Sequence record: PQ821640
Length of the DNA stretch: 64,000 nucleotides
Origin: Escherichia phage SD2
Direction: 5' to 3' (one strand)
Below the pieces are notes generated by a model. The model saw only the letters and a program-made list of their open reading frames with translations. It had not been told where the DNA came from and did no database searches. Made by a program: the position numbers and the translations under genes. Positions 9,069 to 18,499 of the stretch are shown here, one piece after another; the stretch's first letter is position 1, and each line of letters begins with the position of its first letter.

Positions 9069-10046
9069 TTAAGCAACAGCCTGGTCTTCTTTTTCAGGGA
9101 AGATTAAACTTGCAATAACACCCAGTCCCAGAGTACCTAACACAATATACATACTGATCGTCGGATCAATGTGTGCTGGCAGGAAACTCACTTTTGCGTG
9201 CAGAGTTTCTGCAAACGGGTGATACATCAGTTTTACACCCACAAATACCAGGACTACGATAACTGCTTTCTCCAGATGAACCAAATATTTCAGTGCAACA
9301 CTAAGGACAAAGAACAGAGCACGTAGACCTAAAATTGCACACAGCATTGAAGAAAATACAAGCAGAGGTTCTTGTGTCACTGCAATTACTGCTGGAACAG
9401 AGTCTACTGCAAAGATTACGTCAACCATTTCCATTACAAACACACAAACCAATGCAGGAGTTGCTACACGAACACCATTTTTGATTGTGAAGAACTTCTC
9501 ACCATCCATCTGATCAGATACAGGGAACAGCTTACGAACAATGCGAGTAGCCCAGTGTTTAGAGTAATCAACTTCTGCGTCATTATCTCCAGCGAATACC
9601 ATTTTAGCGGCGCAGAAAAGGATGACCGCACCGAAGAAGATATTAACATACCAGCCCAAACTCAACAAGTAAGTACCTACTGCTACAAACACACCTCGGA
9701 AGACAATCGCACCTGCAATACCCCAAAGTAGAATCTTGTGCTGCAAGTGTGTGCTTTTAATACCAAAACTTGCGAATACTGCCACAAATACTACTAAGTT
9801 ATCTACAGAAAGAGATTTCTCCAACACATACCCACTCAAGAACAAGCTCGCAAAATCAGCACCGTGTTGGAAGTATACAAAACCATAGTAGGCTAACGAT
9901 ACCCCAATCCAGAAAATTGACCAGCCAATTGCAGATTTAAATGAAATTTCTTTGTTTTCTCTGTGTCCAAAGAAATCAATACAAATCGACAAGACTAAAA
10001 TACCCACTAAAACAACCACATCAATAATTGGGAAACCCAGTTGCAT
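9069..10046 (-). CDS. terC: TerC-family integral membrane protein
   Basis: 325 aa polytopic membrane protein with EKSLSVDN motif characteristic of TerC family. Confidence 0.75.
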   Translation of the reverse strand: MQLGFPIIDVVVLVGILVLSICIDFFGHRENKEISFKSAIGWSIFWIGVSLAYYGFVYFQHGADFASLFLSGYVLEKSLSVDNLVVFVAVFASFGIKSTHLQHKILLWGIAGAIVFRGVFVAVGTYLLSLGWYVNIFFGAVILFCAAKMVFAGDNDAEVDYSKHWATRIVRKLFPVSDQMDGEKFFTIKNGVRVATPALVCVFVMEMVDVIFAVDSVPAVIAVTQEPLLVFSSMLCAILGLRALFFVLSVALKYLVHLEKAVIVVLVFVGVKLMYHPFAETLHAKVSFLPAHIDPTISMYIVLGTLGLGVIASLIFPEKEDQAVA

Positions 10047-10123
10047 TCTTTTCTCCTCTTTAATGCGGAGGACAATCCTCCGCTCTATGTCGTATACTAT
10101 AAACTGTTTTTAAAGAAAGTCAA

Positions 10124-10372
10124 CTAGTTCAGTTCTGTAATTTTAAGTTTATCTTCTTTGTTAATGATAGGGAAAGCTACAGCATCACCTACATCATCAA
10201 TAAAGCAAACAGCAAGACCACCTTCCACTTTGCTAACCTGACCATTAAAGGCGTGATACGGGGCAGGAACAATATCTCCATCTTCAAGGAGAATAGCCTC
10301 ATAAACCTTACCAACAGTACAATCACGAGTGTTTATAAATTTTTCAAGCACTTCAACATTTACTTTACGCAT
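10124..10372 (-). CDS. hypothetical protein
   Basis: ORF track 82 aa. Confidence 0.45.
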   Translation of the reverse strand: MRKVNVEVLEKFINTRDCTVGKVYEAILLEDGDIVPAPYHAFNGQVSKVEGGLAVCFIDDVGDAVAFPIINKEDKLKITELN

Positions 10373-10386
10373 ATAAAAATCCTCTC

Positions 10387-10593
10387 TTATTTGTTAGATT
10401 GAAAGATACCACGAAGTACCGCAAGAATGAACGTCACACAGACTACACTCCAAAACGTTACAGGAACATGATGCCAGTCTAAACCGATAATGTCAATCAT
10501 ATAGTTGTATGCTAAAAGCAGTAGCCAACTAGGGATTAACACAATCAAGAACACAACAATAAAACAACCTAATACTGCTAAAACACCTGCCAT
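10387..10593 (-). CDS. small membrane protein
   Basis: ORF track 68 aa, two hydrophobic segments. Confidence 0.45.
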   Translation of the reverse strand: MAGVLAVLGCFIVVFLIVLIPSWLLLLAYNYMIDIIGLDWHHVPVTFWSVVCVTFILAVLRGIFQSNK

Positions 10594-10602
10594 ACTTTCT
10601 CC

Positions 10603-11319
10603 TTATTTCAGTTTGTAAACAATTACATTTAAACCTTTGTTTACTAGAGTTTCTTCGATCATAAGTTTTACAATATTCCAAGAACCTCCAGCCAAACCAC
10701 AACCAAGCATTGGTAAACCTACAATTTTACCGCCTGAAGATACAACATCGTCTCCCATACTATCTAACGCATTGTAGATAGCTTCATAATTCAGGTCACG
10801 CTTACCTTCCTCACGACGACTATAACCATATTGTCCATATAAATTATAAATTGTCAAATTGTTTTCTGTATACTTAGTAAACGTACCTAATTTTTTATAA
10901 TCACCACGCTTAGTGGCACAGTCTGCTTTAAACGCACCAGGCCACTTGCTTTTAATTTTTGGTGCAATACCACTACCCATAGTGCAAAAACAGTTACAGC
11001 AGTGTGCTATAGCGTCTATATCGCCTCTCTCTGCTGCTGCTAAAAGATCACCGTATACCTCAATGATACCTGCTGGATAACTTGTTACAATTTCATCTTC
11101 CCAGTACATTTTCTCTACACCACCGATCAGTGCAAAGTTTTGTGTGATGCGATCATCAATATAATTAAGACCTGAAACATACACAGCATATTCATCCTGT
11201 GCTGTAATGCCTTGTACACGAATTCTTAAGACACCATCTTTATCTGTTGCTACACGCCCAAAATCTTTTTCTGTAATATTGGTGATAGGATCTCCGAAAG
11301 TCGTCACTTTATTAGACAT
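10603..11319 (-). CDS. Macro-domain-like protein (putative ADP-ribose binding/processing)
   Basis: Start at internal Met with RBS AAAGGGG; DAIAHCCN...MGSGIA resembles macro-domain DAIVNAAN...GGGVA signature. Confidence 0.45.
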   Translation of the reverse strand: MSNKVTTFGDPITNITEKDFGRVATDKDGVLRIRVQGITAQDEYAVYVSGLNYIDDRITQNFALIGGVEKMYWEDEIVTSYPAGIIEVYGDLLAAAERGDIDAIAHCCNCFCTMGSGIAPKIKSKWPGAFKADCATKRGDYKKLGTFTKYTENNLTIYNLYGQYGYSRREEGKRDLNYEAIYNALDSMGDDVVSSGGKIVGLPMLGCGLAGGSWNIVKLMIEETLVNKGLNVIVYKLK

Positions 11320-12169
11320 AATAATCCCCTTTAACATTAGATTTGTTGATAATGTTGCTTTCAAAAAATTGATGCAGGAAATCAAAGTTCTTTTTGTATT
11401 TTTCAATATTATTGTAACCTTCTGCAAGGCAACCAAAGAACAGTTGTTCTACATAATACAAAGGAAGTTGTGAAAGTGCAATTTTAAAATCAACTTCGCT
11501 TTGACTCATTAGATACTTAATAGGACGAACCAAACATTTAGCATCAGTTTCTTGCTTAATCATTTTAATAAAAGCTGCCAGGTTATTGATATAGTTGAAG
11601 TTAAGTGCAGCTTCGGTGTTGGCTTCTGTACCTTCATACTTTGCAAAGTACAGGAAAAACGTATCGTTTTCAACACCTTCTTTGTCTAAAATTTCAATAA
11701 GTTTTTCTTCGTGTGTTCCTGTAATATTAACATCATCAATGAAAATCAGAGTTTTATTACCCCAGAAATCACGATTGATAGAGAAAGTGTCACCATCGAT
11801 CAAAGCCTTACGATCTTCTTTGCTAAGAAATCCATAATCATTGATATAACTCACTTTACGATGAACGATATCCCACTCTACTGCTTTACCTCCTTTGATA
11901 GAGATTAGGTAGTTGAGGTGATCTACAAAATGTTCAGATAACACTGTAGCTGCATTTTTCACATAGTTATATGGAGATGGAATAACAACAAAACTTTCAT
12001 TTACTAGTCGTTCTTCATATTTAGAAAAGAAACTTTCAGCCAGAATGCGTCCCATTCTTTTTGCTGCCTGGTTACTACCAAACTTTAGTTTGGAATAATC
12101 TGCAATGTTAAATTTTGCTTCCTTCAGGTTAGTAAAAGTATTAGCAAAATGTTGAATTTGATTACGCAT
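11312..12169 (-). CDS. phosphoribosyltransferase-like protein
   Basis: 285 aa; PRPP-binding-like motif LIFIDDVNITGTH. Confidence 0.5.
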   Translation of the reverse strand: MRNQIQHFANTFTNLKEAKFNIADYSKLKFGSNQAAKRMGRILAESFFSKYEERLVNESFVVIPSPYNYVKNAATVLSEHFVDHLNYLISIKGGKAVEWDIVHRKVSYINDYGFLSKEDRKALIDGDTFSINRDFWGNKTLIFIDDVNITGTHEEKLIEILDKEGVENDTFFLYFAKYEGTEANTEAALNFNYINNLAAFIKMIKQETDAKCLVRPIKYLMSQSEVDFKIALSQLPLYYVEQLFFGCLAEGYNNIEKYKKNFDFLHQFFESNIINKSNVKGDYYV

Positions 12170-12818
12170 TAATAAGTTCCTCTTTTTTAAGTTTAGCCAA
12201 CAAGTCTTCTGGATTAATAATATGACAGAACTTCATCCCTATGTCAACAGCTTTTCCATCATAAATCAAACTATCTCCAACGTGTAAAATCTCCTCTGGT
12301 GCGAGATCAAACGTTACCATTTCATCAAAAGAGAGTTTAAAAAACCTAGGATCTGGTTTACACAAGCAAAACTCATCAGAAAAATGCATAAAGTCAAATG
12401 GTAATTTTGTTAAGCCAGAATATACAGCTAAGAAACTACCTGGTACAAAATTAGTATTGCTCTTAATACTCAAAGAATAGATTGAACTTAGCTCTTCCAA
12501 CTTCTTGCAAAGCTCAGGGTTCAATATTGGAGGATGTTTTATAAACATTGCTAAACAGTCTCTTTTTAACCCATCTACTTTATCAAGATCAATGTTCAAA
12601 CGAGTAGAAAGTGTTTCCCAAGCATTCCTAGACGTTCCACAAATGCCTTTTTCTGCTTTTAAATCCAGGAGAGTTTTTACCTCTTTATATACAGTAGCTG
12701 CTTCTGCCTCAGAACAAGAGGCATACTCGGCAATAACCTTGTTGCGTTCTTCTGCATACAAAGGATTAGCAGTAATAAGAGTATTCCATACATCAAAAGA
12801 AATATGCTTAACAGTCAT
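12162..12818 (-). CDS. HAD-superfamily hydrolase
   Basis: Start moved to Met with GGAGG RBS; motif I FDVWNTL (DxD-type), C-terminal GDS..D. Confidence 0.55.
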   Translation of the reverse strand: MTVKHISFDVWNTLITANPLYAEERNKVIAEYASCSEAEAATVYKEVKTLLDLKAEKGICGTSRNAWETLSTRLNIDLDKVDGLKRDCLAMFIKHPPILNPELCKKLEELSSIYSLSIKSNTNFVPGSFLAVYSGLTKLPFDFMHFSDEFCLCKPDPRFFKLSFDEMVTFDLAPEEILHVGDSLIYDGKAVDIGMKFCHIINPEDLLAKLKKEELINA

Positions 12819-12821
12819 TTT

Positions 12822-12976
12822 TAATCCTCCGTCCAAAAGAATATCATCTGCTTAATTTTATTGATCTCTTGATGTAGTAACTTTCCAGCATGTGATTGAT
12901 CTTTAATATTGACAGCAAGAATTTCAAGCTCCGTTAGTTTTTCTTGGATAGCTTTATATTCATCATCTGTAAGCAT
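12822..12976 (-). CDS. small hypothetical protein
   Basis: Manually found ~51 aa ORF with RBS AAAGGGGAAG; coordinates approximate. Confidence 0.3.
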
Positions 12977-12987
12977 TTTCTTCCCCT

Positions 12988-13179
12988 TTAGAATGGTAAT
13001 CTTTGTATGTCACTTATCCCCACACCCAGAAGTCTAGCAATATCCTTATCTAAAAGCAACTCTTTTTGTTCTAAAATGTTAATCAAATCTCCTAATACTT
13101 CTTTAATGTCACGATCATTTTTAGCAACGTGACCACCTGCGGTATCAACTTTATCTTTAAAAACAAAATAATGATCCAT
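12988..13179 (-). CDS. hypothetical protein
   Basis: ORF track frame; second Met preferred (GAGGG RBS). Confidence 0.4.
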   Translation of the reverse strand: MDHYFVFKDKVDTAGGHVAKNDRDIKEVLGDLINILEQKELLLDKDIARLLGVGISDIQRLPF

Positions 13180-13189
13180 AATACCCTCC

Positions 13190-13222
13190 ATATAAATAAA
13201 GGAGGCTTTCGCCTCCTTTTAT
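13190..13222 (-). terminator. rho-independent terminator after AAA ATPase gene
   Basis: GGAGGCTTTCGCCTCC hairpin with flanking T/A runs. Confidence 0.6.
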
Positions 13223-13225
13223 CAC

Positions 13226-14386
13226 TTAGTAAGAACGACCACCAAACACATACTCTGTGTAGTTTTTACGTTCTTTGTTTTTAATAACAACTTCAATGTT
13301 GTTACCTTTATCATCGGTGAACATAAAGTGATAGCCGTCACCACCCATTGTACGAATGTGTTTTTCATCATACGTTAGCAAGATACGGTCTACACCCCAG
13401 TAGTAGTCACCTTCTTCATCTTTATCTTCTACGGTAACAATCCCTTCCATTTCAGGAAGATGCTCTTCACCTAGTTTATGGTCTACAGCTACAACATAAC
13501 GATTACCGCTAAACAAACCTTGTGCTGTCATACCGTCAATATCGGTATCTGACGAAACATCTCCTGTACGATCTACACCGTTAACTTTCAGAAGTTTAAC
13601 CTCTTTTGCAGCATAGCTGTGTTCAGTAATACTGATACCCATCAATGCAAGTGCATCAGAGAATTTGTCATTAGGGTAACGGTTAAGTTCTTCTACTAAT
13701 GACTGAACAATATCAAAGTTCAAATCCACGGAGAGATTGTAAAGCGTTTCAAAATCTGGTAAGAAGGCTTTGTTCTCCAGATTTTTAGCCAGATAATCAT
13801 CCATAGTAGCTTTAGGTAGTTTCTTATAGCTAAAACTGTAGAAAATACGGCTAGGACGATTACGCAAAAATTCTGATACATAACCATCATTTTTAGTCAA
13901 TACAAACAGTTTGTCGTAGCCACCAACACCATCCAGCAGGGTAAGCAAACCATCTTGTGCATCTTTTTCAGCATACAATTTATCAAATTCATCGATCATA
14001 ATCATCACAGGTTGTGTGATTTTAGACATAAAATTGATAAAGCCTTCACCATTAAAAGCACTACCGATAGAAATAGTAGGAATACCCATTTCACGAAGAG
14101 CAGAAGACAGCATTTTAGCTTGCAAAGTTTTACCGCTACCTTTCGTACCCTCAAGGAGAACACCTGTGTTTTTACCTTTACGGCTAAGGAACGTCTTGAT
14201 AATACGTTCTGATTTATCATCAGTATCACCGTATGTTACTGAAGGGACTTCCATATCGTTTTTAGGATACAAGAAGAACTCGCCACTTTGAGTAACACCT
14301 ACACCAAAAGTTCCTGCTGGAATTTCTTCAATATCTGTACCAGATTTCTGACGCAGGAAGATTTGATTGCCGAATACTGTAAACAT
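13226..14386 (-). CDS. AAA-type ATPase (paralog A)
   Basis: 386 aa; Walker A GTKGSGKT, Walker B IMIDEFDK; paralog of 30172-31299 product. Confidence 0.7.
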   Translation of the reverse strand: MFTVFGNQIFLRQKSGTDIEEIPAGTFGVGVTQSGEFFLYPKNDMEVPSVTYGDTDDKSERIIKTFLSRKGKNTGVLLEGTKGSGKTLQAKMLSSALREMGIPTISIGSAFNGEGFINFMSKITQPVMIMIDEFDKLYAEKDAQDGLLTLLDGVGGYDKLFVLTKNDGYVSEFLRNRPSRIFYSFSYKKLPKATMDDYLAKNLENKAFLPDFETLYNLSVDLNFDIVQSLVEELNRYPNDKFSDALALMGISITEHSYAAKEVKLLKVNGVDRTGDVSSDTDIDGMTAQGLFSGNRYVVAVDHKLGEEHLPEMEGIVTVEDKDEEGDYYWGVDRILLTYDEKHIRTMGGDGYHFMFTDDKGNNIEVVIKNKERKNYTEYVFGGRSY

Positions 14387-14406
14387 AGTTTTCTCCTCTA
14401 TTTAAT

Positions 14407-14877
14407 TTAGTCAGATTCCCAAATGTTGTCTTTCTTAACCCACATTCGTTGATTATCTGAACCTCTATAACGTTTCGTTGTTGGTTGATTCATATCATAC
14501 TTACCATCTATCACTATGTCAACCAGTTTTTTAATTTTCTCTGGAATTTCTTCAAAAAGATATCCTGTATATAAGACAATATCTTTTTTGTTTCCAAAAC
14601 AATCTCTTACCTTCTCAAGAACATACTCTACAGTGTCAATGTTCTCTTTGTCAAGAGGTTCACCACCTAAAACTGTTAATCCTTTAATGAAAGGTCGAGA
14701 TAAATCTTCCAAGATAAGATCTAATGTTTCAGTAGTGAACTCTTGTCCGTAGTTATACGACCAGGCTTTCTGGTTAAAGCAGCCACGGCAACCGTGGCTA
14801 CAACCGCTCACCCACAAAGAGCATCTTACACCGTCACCGTTGAGCATGTCAACAGGTTCATATCCGGCGTAATTCAA
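14407..14877 (-). CDS. nrdG: anaerobic ribonucleotide reductase activating protein (radical SAM)
   Basis: 156 aa; CSHGCRGC radical-SAM cluster motif; 4-nt overlap with nrdD. Confidence 0.85.
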   Translation of the reverse strand: MNYAGYEPVDMLNGDGVRCSLWVSGCSHGCRGCFNQKAWSYNYGQEFTTETLDLILEDLSRPFIKGLTVLGGEPLDKENIDTVEYVLEKVRDCFGNKKDIVLYTGYLFEEIPEKIKKLVDIVIDGKYDMNQPTTKRYRGSDNQRMWVKKDNIWESD

Positions 14878-15845
14878 AAATGTTTCTCCCTTTCTAGTAC
14901 CTCTTGCATTTTACCTTTATTATAAGGGCGAGAGTTAGGGGCAGAAAGGTATCCTGACACTCTTCTGATCACAGATATGGATTCTTCTTCATGATTACCG
15001 CAACTTGGACACTCGAAGCCTTTAGCCGTTGCTTTAAATTCACCATGAAAACCACATTTGAAACACTGATCTACAGGTTGGTTCACGCCAAAATAAGGAA
15101 TTTTATTGTAGGCATAATCTACAAGAGTTTCCAGTGCTTGCAAGTTATTTTTAAGGTTTGGTGTTTCTACATAACCTATGTTCCCACCATTACTAATTTG
15201 TGCAAAACCTTCCTCATAATCCCACTTTTGGAACGGGGTAGTGTGCATCCATACAGGTTGATGGAAAGAGTTTGTCAAGTAGTCACGATCAATAGAGCCA
15301 GGATAGCGATCATTTAACGCTTTGGCAAATTTATAGCACAAGGATTCTGCTGGTGTTCCATACAAACTAAAAGCTAAACCAGAACGTTCTTTAAATGTGC
15401 AACAGATATCCTTCATATATTGAAGGATGTTTTTACCCATTGCTTTTGGATTGGTGTTGTTTGGGTATAAAATCTCCATAGCTTCTGCTAAACCTACATA
15501 ACCGATACTAATAGAGGCATAACCACCTTCAAATAGTTTACCAATCTCTTCATTAGCTTCTAGTCGAGCTAAAGCCCCTTCCATAAACAATGTAGGGTTT
15601 TGAGATGCTTTGGTATGTCTAATACGGTTAACACGTAGCATATGTGCCTTATACGCCATCTCCATATGTTGTTCCAACAGTTCAGTAAATAAGATGCCCT
15701 TTTCACGGGACTCTGCTGCAATGATAGGTAAGTTTAAAGAAACTACGCCTAAGTTGAAACGACCATCATATTTTTCACCTTGCTCTGTTGCATAGTATGA
15801 CAAGAAACTTCTACACATTATGTTCAAAGTGGCTCGCAAGGCCAC
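14874..15845 (-). CDS. nrdD: anaerobic ribonucleoside-triphosphate reductase, 3' exon (C-terminal half)
   Basis: C-terminal glycyl-radical-like IRRVSGYL, zinc ribbon CFKCGF...CPSCGN; 5' limit is a splice junction not resolved here (track start is GTG). Confidence 0.8.
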   Translation of the reverse strand: MALRATLNIMCRSFLSYYATEQGEKYDGRFNLGVVSLNLPIIAAESREKGILFTELLEQHMEMAYKAHMLRVNRIRHTKASQNPTLFMEGALARLEANEEIGKLFEGGYASISIGYVGLAEAMEILYPNNTNPKAMGKNILQYMKDICCTFKERSGLAFSLYGTPAESLCYKFAKALNDRYPGSIDRDYLTNSFHQPVWMHTTPFQKWDYEEGFAQISNGGNIGYVETPNLKNNLQALETLVDYAYNKIPYFGVNQPVDQCFKCGFHGEFKATAKGFECPSCGNHEEESISVIRRVSGYLSAPNSRPYNKGKMQEVLEREKHF

Positions 15846-16575
15846 TCCCGCACCATTACGTGCTGCTGCATGTCACCATGCAGATCAGACTATATCTTCA
15901 TGCTTAAAGCATGTCTACCATTTGGGGTGTCATAGGCTTACACCCTACGCTGCTACATTCATCACAGCTAGTCGTTAGGCATTTCGTAACAGAACTCATA
16001 ATCATAATTATTTGGTGCTCCGCGCTTTAAGATTGCAGATATTCTTTTTCTGTCCAACCCTAAAGCGTCAGCACAACATCTCAGACTTTTAAAGTAAAAA
16101 ACTTCACCAGTAGCCTTATGAGTAGCTTTTACACTGTGACACCTTGTGTAGAAAGCATAACAGTTATTATCGTAACCCTCTTGCGTGTTGTCTGGACAAG
16201 ATCCCCACTCAAGATTGTATACACTGTTGTCTTTCCTATTGTCACCTTTATGCTTCACATAAGATAAATTGTCTGGATTGGGTAAAAACGCTTCAGCTAC
16301 AAGTCTGTGCACCCGAAAGCAAACAGTTTTCTTGTTTTTACGTATTCTGACAAGTTGGTATCCTGTGTTTATTTCTTCCCACAAGCGAAGGATTCTTTCA
16401 TCCTTATACCTAGTACAATAAACATTTCCAAGCTCGTCAATTTCATACCCTTCAAAATCACGAATTTGTTTTCTCATATCAGTACCCCCTTCTTCTGTGT
16501 TGGGAGTTCTGTTACGTTTAGCACGGGATTGTCTCGTTGAGAGTTCCCCCGTTTAGGCAGATTTTACATGAGCAG
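15846..16575 (-). mobile_element. putative group I intron interrupting nrdD, carrying HNH homing endonuclease ORF
   Basis: nrdD reading frame broken between 16576 and 15845; intervening ~730 nt contains a free-standing HNH ORF and GC-rich structured flanks; boundaries approximate. Confidence 0.6.
15968..16477 (-). CDS. HNH-family homing endonuclease (intron-encoded)
   Basis: 169 aa; YEIDELGNVY, VHRLVAEAF, DNSVYNLEW motifs; RBS AAGGGGG. Confidence 0.75.
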   Translation of the reverse strand: MRKQIRDFEGYEIDELGNVYCTRYKDERILRLWEEINTGYQLVRIRKNKKTVCFRVHRLVAEAFLPNPDNLSYVKHKGDNRKDNSVYNLEWGSCPDNTQEGYDNNCYAFYTRCHSVKATHKATGEVFYFKSLRCCADALGLDRKRISAILKRGAPNNYDYEFCYEMPND

Positions 16576-17442
16576 TTATAGTTTACCCATGCTTGTGACG
16601 CGACCATCTGAAGATCCTGTAACTTCTTTGTTTAAAGGTACAGAGATAAAATCAGGATAAATGCGTTCAGCACAACACTCCATTGCCAGTTGCTTCAAAT
16701 CATAGTTTGGATCACCAGCTTTCATGTTAACACCATCTTCCAAGAAGAAGATAACTTTAGGAAACACAGGAGTTACCCTATCTTTTCCTAATCCTTGTTT
16801 GTGCACCATTAGGTAGTTTTTAGTGATCATTCTACCAAAAGCAGAGGTATCCAAACCTAAACTAATTGTTATAAAAGGTGACTGACCATTTACACTCATT
16901 AGGGTGTTCACCTGGTAGATTAAAGTTTGCATTGCATCATAGACCTGTTTATCTACCATACGCATAGCAATATCATAATCACCAACGTCAGCATAGATTT
17001 TATTAAAACTTGCTTTAACGTATTGACTAAGCCCAGTATCAATATGTGCACAAGTTTGTCCACCATATTGGCTAGAAGCTACTGCTTGAATAATTTGAGT
17101 TAGGACAGTAGTTGCTACACCGATAGATTTTGGTTTTTCAATATGTGCATTACCAATACGGAAACCGTTCTCAAGCATATCTTGGTAATTTACCAGGCAA
17201 CAGTTAGTTAGAGGTGAGAGTAAATAATCTAAATCGTGAATGTGACCATACCCGCTTTTATGCCATTCTGCCAGATCTTCCGGTAAAATATGGGTCATTG
17301 CCATGTGCTTGCTTAGGATACCTGCTAGTAAGTCTCGGTGAGTATTAACAATCATTGCAGGTTTGTTTGCATTTTCACGAGTAAATTCTTCGGATGTTTG
17401 TTCGAGGAATCCGATTACATCCTCATATAGTTTTTGGGTCAT
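16576..17442 (-). CDS. nrdD: anaerobic ribonucleoside-triphosphate reductase, 5' exon (N-terminal half)
   Basis: Start at Met11 of track ORF with GGAGG RBS; class III RNR-like sequence; in-frame stop at 16576 lies in the presumed intron, true exon end slightly upstream. Confidence 0.7.
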   Translation of the reverse strand: MTQKLYEDVIGFLEQTSEEFTRENANKPAMIVNTHRDLLAGILSKHMAMTHILPEDLAEWHKSGYGHIHDLDYLLSPLTNCCLVNYQDMLENGFRIGNAHIEKPKSIGVATTVLTQIIQAVASSQYGGQTCAHIDTGLSQYVKASFNKIYADVGDYDIAMRMVDKQVYDAMQTLIYQVNTLMSVNGQSPFITISLGLDTSAFGRMITKNYLMVHKQGLGKDRVTPVFPKVIFFLEDGVNMKAGDPNYDLKQLAMECCAERIYPDFISVPLNKEVTGSSDGRVTSMGKL

Positions 17443-17460
17443 TAATCCTCCGTGGAAAAT

Positions 17461-17487
17461 AAAAGCCAGCATTAAGCTGGCTTTAGG
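17461..17487 (-). terminator. rho-independent terminator upstream of nrdD
   Basis: AGCCAGCATTAAGCTGGCT hairpin followed on minus strand by TTTTATTTT. Confidence 0.55.
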
Positions 17488-17531
17488 GTGGATCTTTATT
17501 TTAAATCTTTTTCGTAAGATTATCCTTGATC

Positions 17532-18482
17532 TTAGTCAAGGTTTTTGGTAATACGTGTACAACCATCAGAAGTCAAACCGTCAACTTGAGTTTCCCAAGT
17601 ACCATGAATATTTCGGAACAATGTTGTTACACCTTTTGGTTCATTAATAATGATTGCCATAACAAGTTTAGGATCGATAACAGACATAATCTTTTCCTCA
17701 ATACCCTCTGTAATAACATTATTGCGCACAATATTAATTGCATCTTCTTGTACAGTAAGAACACTTACGTTCTTAAGAGTATATACCTGCTGTGTAGTGT
17801 AAATGATACGAACATAACTTACAGAACGAGTAGGCACAGGTTTACGCGGTCGGCGAAAACGTGGTTTTGGTGAAGATTCAGTTTTACTTTCATCTTTTGA
17901 ATAATACTCCTCAAACAGTTTAGTAAATGTTTTTACATCAACTACAAACCGATCTTTCCGATATGGAGAATTCTTATGTGCACCATTAATACCACTGTTT
18001 TCATCGAAGAAAGTAATGTTTTCTTCATTTGAATACATTAGATAATGATCTGCATTTTTCCAATGTGGTTGTGGACAACGAGGATTACAAACGGAAAGCA
18101 GATAACTAATATCTTCTTCCGTGGCATCAGTATCCACGAAACACGTATTATGCACAGTCAGTTGTACTTTTTCAGCCATATCTTTTTCTTTATCCTCTTT
18201 AGCAAGATATTCAGTACGAATAATCTCCAGAAAATTTTCAGGTGTTACTTCCATAAATGTATATTCAGGATGAAGTTCCATATATTCAAATCCACAACCA
18301 TCTAACTGCTGTAGAAAGTTAGGGTAGAAGAACAAATCATTAACACTGTGAATCAGATTATTGATTTCTGCTTCAGTTGTGTAACCAAAACTCTTGTGAA
18401 TTGCTTCGTTAAGAATATGCAGGATACCCATCTCTTCTGCTGCTTTTTTAACTTCCAGTTTATTAGCGTAAAATGCAATCAT
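17532..18482 (-). CDS. hypothetical protein
   Basis: ORF track 316 aa. Confidence 0.5.
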   Translation of the reverse strand: MIAFYANKLEVKKAAEEMGILHILNEAIHKSFGYTTEAEINNLIHSVNDLFFYPNFLQQLDGCGFEYMELHPEYTFMEVTPENFLEIIRTEYLAKEDKEKDMAEKVQLTVHNTCFVDTDATEEDISYLLSVCNPRCPQPHWKNADHYLMYSNEENITFFDENSGINGAHKNSPYRKDRFVVDVKTFTKLFEEYYSKDESKTESSPKPRFRRPRKPVPTRSVSYVRIIYTTQQVYTLKNVSVLTVQEDAINIVRNNVITEGIEEKIMSVIDPKLVMAIIINEPKGVTTLFRNIHGTWETQVDGLTSDGCTRITKNLD

Positions 18483-18499
18483 TATGTTCTCCTTCTAAA

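Noticed and set aside
17461-17530. Clear sigma70 promoter directly upstream of nrdD
   Set aside because: Only weak -35/-10 candidates were found between the upstream terminator hairpin and the nrdD RBS; nrdD may instead be expressed by read-through or from a non-sigma70 promoter, so no promoter feature is reported.
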